A program made the translations under genes and the position numbers. From NCBI GenBank assembly GCA_964593285.1, contig CAZQHZ010000013.1, forward strand, positions 1 to 37,686: 37,686 bases of DNA, given 5' to 3'. This DNA is from an uncultured Methanosarcinales archaeon. GTDB lineage: Archaea > Nanobdellota > Nanobdellia > Woesearchaeales > DSVV01. The stretch's first letter is position 1; every line of letters begins with the position of its first letter. Below the pieces are notes generated by a model, which saw only the letters and a program-made list of their open reading frames with translations, ran no database searches and was not told where the DNA came from. Shown here piece after piece: positions 37,339-37,686 of this stretch.

Positions 37339-37635
37339 ATGAAAGAAGATACTAACAAAATTATTTTAAAATTTAATCCAACGTTATATCCTTTAGAAAT
37401 TATTTATTCTGCATCATATAAACTTGTAGAAAAAGCTCTTTTTTATTTTGATGGAGATTTAGAAAAAGAAATAAAAGTAATAATTATTCCTAAAAAGGGT
37501 TTTAATGCTAAAAAAATTTCATTAGAATTTCATGAAGAACTAATTAATAATTTAGAATATAAAACATATTACGATAAGAATAAAGATATTAAGCATATTC
37601 TATTACAAAGTGGACTAAATTCTTATAATAATTAA
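37339..37635 (+). CDS. hxsD: His-Xaa-Ser system protein HxsD-like
   Basis: ~100 aa with the pattern FNPTLYPLEIIYSASY..........D......V...PK......I..EFHEELIN........KNKDIK.ILLQ, recognised as HxsD-like. Directly follows HxsC-like genes. Confidence 0.72.
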   Translation: MKEDTNKIILKFNPTLYPLEIIYSASYKLVEKALFYFDGDLEKEIKVIIIPKKGFNAKKISLEFHEELINNLEYKTYYDKNKDIKHILLQSGLNSYNN

Positions 37636-37686
37636 AATAAATAACTTTTTATTTTAAAACAACTAATTAAAAATTTTTACATTACC

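Noticed and set aside
1..37686. tRNA/rRNA genes, transposases, integrases or an alternative genetic code
   Set aside because: No GC-rich structured RNA-like segment or mobile-element protein was recognised, and the recognised genes translate intact under the standard code.

Overview
Extremely AT-rich archaeal genomic window, most consistent with a DPANN lineage such as Woesearchaeota or Pacearchaeota. This is an inference from fibrillarin, CDC48/VAT, a PGF-pre-PGF-type surface protein, GGTGA Shine-Dalgarno sites and DPANN-style hypothetical proteins. It is a scaffold with two 100-N gaps. Housekeeping and metabolic genes include fibrillarin, a Ca2+/Na+ antiporter, an ABC-2 exporter, a DUF134-Mrp-NifX-2xCOG1149 Fe-S/metal operon, pyruvate kinase, a GH15 hydrolase, an NYN-domain protein, thioredoxin reductase and CDC48. 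The standout is a ~11 kb locus (26691-37635). Seven consecutive genes carry nine CxxxCxxC radical SAM domains, mostly HxsC-like, including a tandem double domain, a HemN-like fusion and a ferredoxin fusion. An HxsD-like gene follows, and an A24 prepilin-type peptidase is divergently attached. A tenth related radical SAM gene lies at the left edge. No His-Xaa-Ser precursor is visible in the window. Other notable items are an array of TGTTAA-N5-TTAACA palindromes in the 6.55-7.2 kb intergenic region, mirror-symmetric cysteine ladders in the 1278-aa surface protein, and nucleotide-identical tracts shared by the two ATPase domains of cdc48.
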